This document shows, one piece after another, positions 63,581 to 64,000 of a stretch of 64,000 nt of DNA. The DNA comes from a virus. Taxonomy: Duplodnaviria > Caudoviricetes. A model generated the notes under the pieces. It searched no databases, was not told the origin of the DNA, and saw nothing but the letters and a program-made list of their open reading frames with translations. The position numbers and the translations under genes are program-made. Position 1 is the stretch's first letter, and each line of letters opens with the position of its first letter. The stretch is from IMG/VR virus record IMGVR_UViG_3300049573_000247, positions 77,155 through 141,154 of that record; one strand, 5' to 3'.

Positions 63581-63832
63581 GTGCGGTTCTACCTCTGCGA
63601 CCACAGCAATGGGAAGTACCGGTCGCATGTGGCGGTGGGTCCTGATCCGCATGGTCAGTGGTGGCCGGTGTGCTCGGTGGAGCGGCCGTTGGATCGGGTG
63701 TTGGGTGAGGGGAAGTTTCGGGAGGTGCGTGAGGGGGCTGGGTGCAATCAGTGCCGGACGGTGATGAAGGAGTACGGGAACTGGCGGTGGCGGTGGGAGT
63801 CGAACATGCGCAAGTGGGGGCATTGGTCGTAG
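63581..63832 (+). CDS. small Cys/Trp-rich protein
   Basis: GAGG RBS; followed by a terminator. Confidence 0.55.
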   Translation: MRFYLCDHSNGKYRSHVAVGPDPHGQWWPVCSVERPLDRVLGEGKFREVREGAGCNQCRTVMKEYGNWRWRWESNMRKWGHWS

Positions 63833-63875
63833 GCTGTTTGGGCATCTGTCTGATGCCACACGGTCCCCTGTGTGG

Positions 63876-63910
63876 AAGGCCCGGCGCTCTGGGGTGGGCG
63901 CCGGGCCTTT
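63876..63910 (+). terminator. intrinsic terminator
   Basis: AAGGCCCGGCGC ... GCGCCGGGCCTTT. Confidence 0.75.
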
Positions 63911-64000
63911 GTCGTGTCAGGTGGTTTGGGCGATGTGGGTGTTGGCGGTGGCTTTGAGTTTGGCGATGCGGTGGGAGTTGATGCCTTCGAGGTGGGGGAG

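Noticed and set aside
1-64000. Integrase, endolysin, reverse transcriptase, protelomerase, transposase
   Set aside because: No recognisable motifs in this window; they may lie outside it or be too divergent to spot by eye.

Overview
High-GC actinobacterial temperate siphovirus segment that looks like a phage-plasmid: it carries a ParA + two RHH partition locus, two toxin-antitoxin pairs and a replication initiator with internal iterons, and I recognise no integrase or endolysin in this window. Left to right: small leftward genes and a lower-GC, repeat-rich non-coding block (about 1.2-3.75 kb, possible packaging/terminus region); TerS-like gene (+) and TerL (-) separated and on opposite strands; tRNA-Tyr; a virion module resembling mycobacteriophage cluster B-type phages (portal, protease/scaffold, hexamer- and pentamer-type capsid proteins, PKD-extended major tail protein, three FN3-repeat proteins, fibre, neck, chaperones, tape measure, minor tail proteins) with an antisense initiator-type tRNA-Met inside it; par locus; two GDPD-like tail proteins lacking catalytic residues; recombination genes (SSB, Sak4-like ATPase, Cas4-like nuclease, RusA-like); a sulfotransferase; and rep/ori. 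Best leads: (1) a PKD/Ig domain split between genes, whose first half ends two different tail proteins and whose second half starts an FN3 protein (possible natural tag/catcher system or amber read-through); (2) a -1 frameshift signal at the end of the protease/scaffold gene; (3) tRNA-punctuated transcripts that could release structured RNAs and a near-leaderless mRNA; (4) a 270-nt structured RNA just upstream of the terL promoter. All family calls come from motif recognition by eye; no database searches or folding programs were run.
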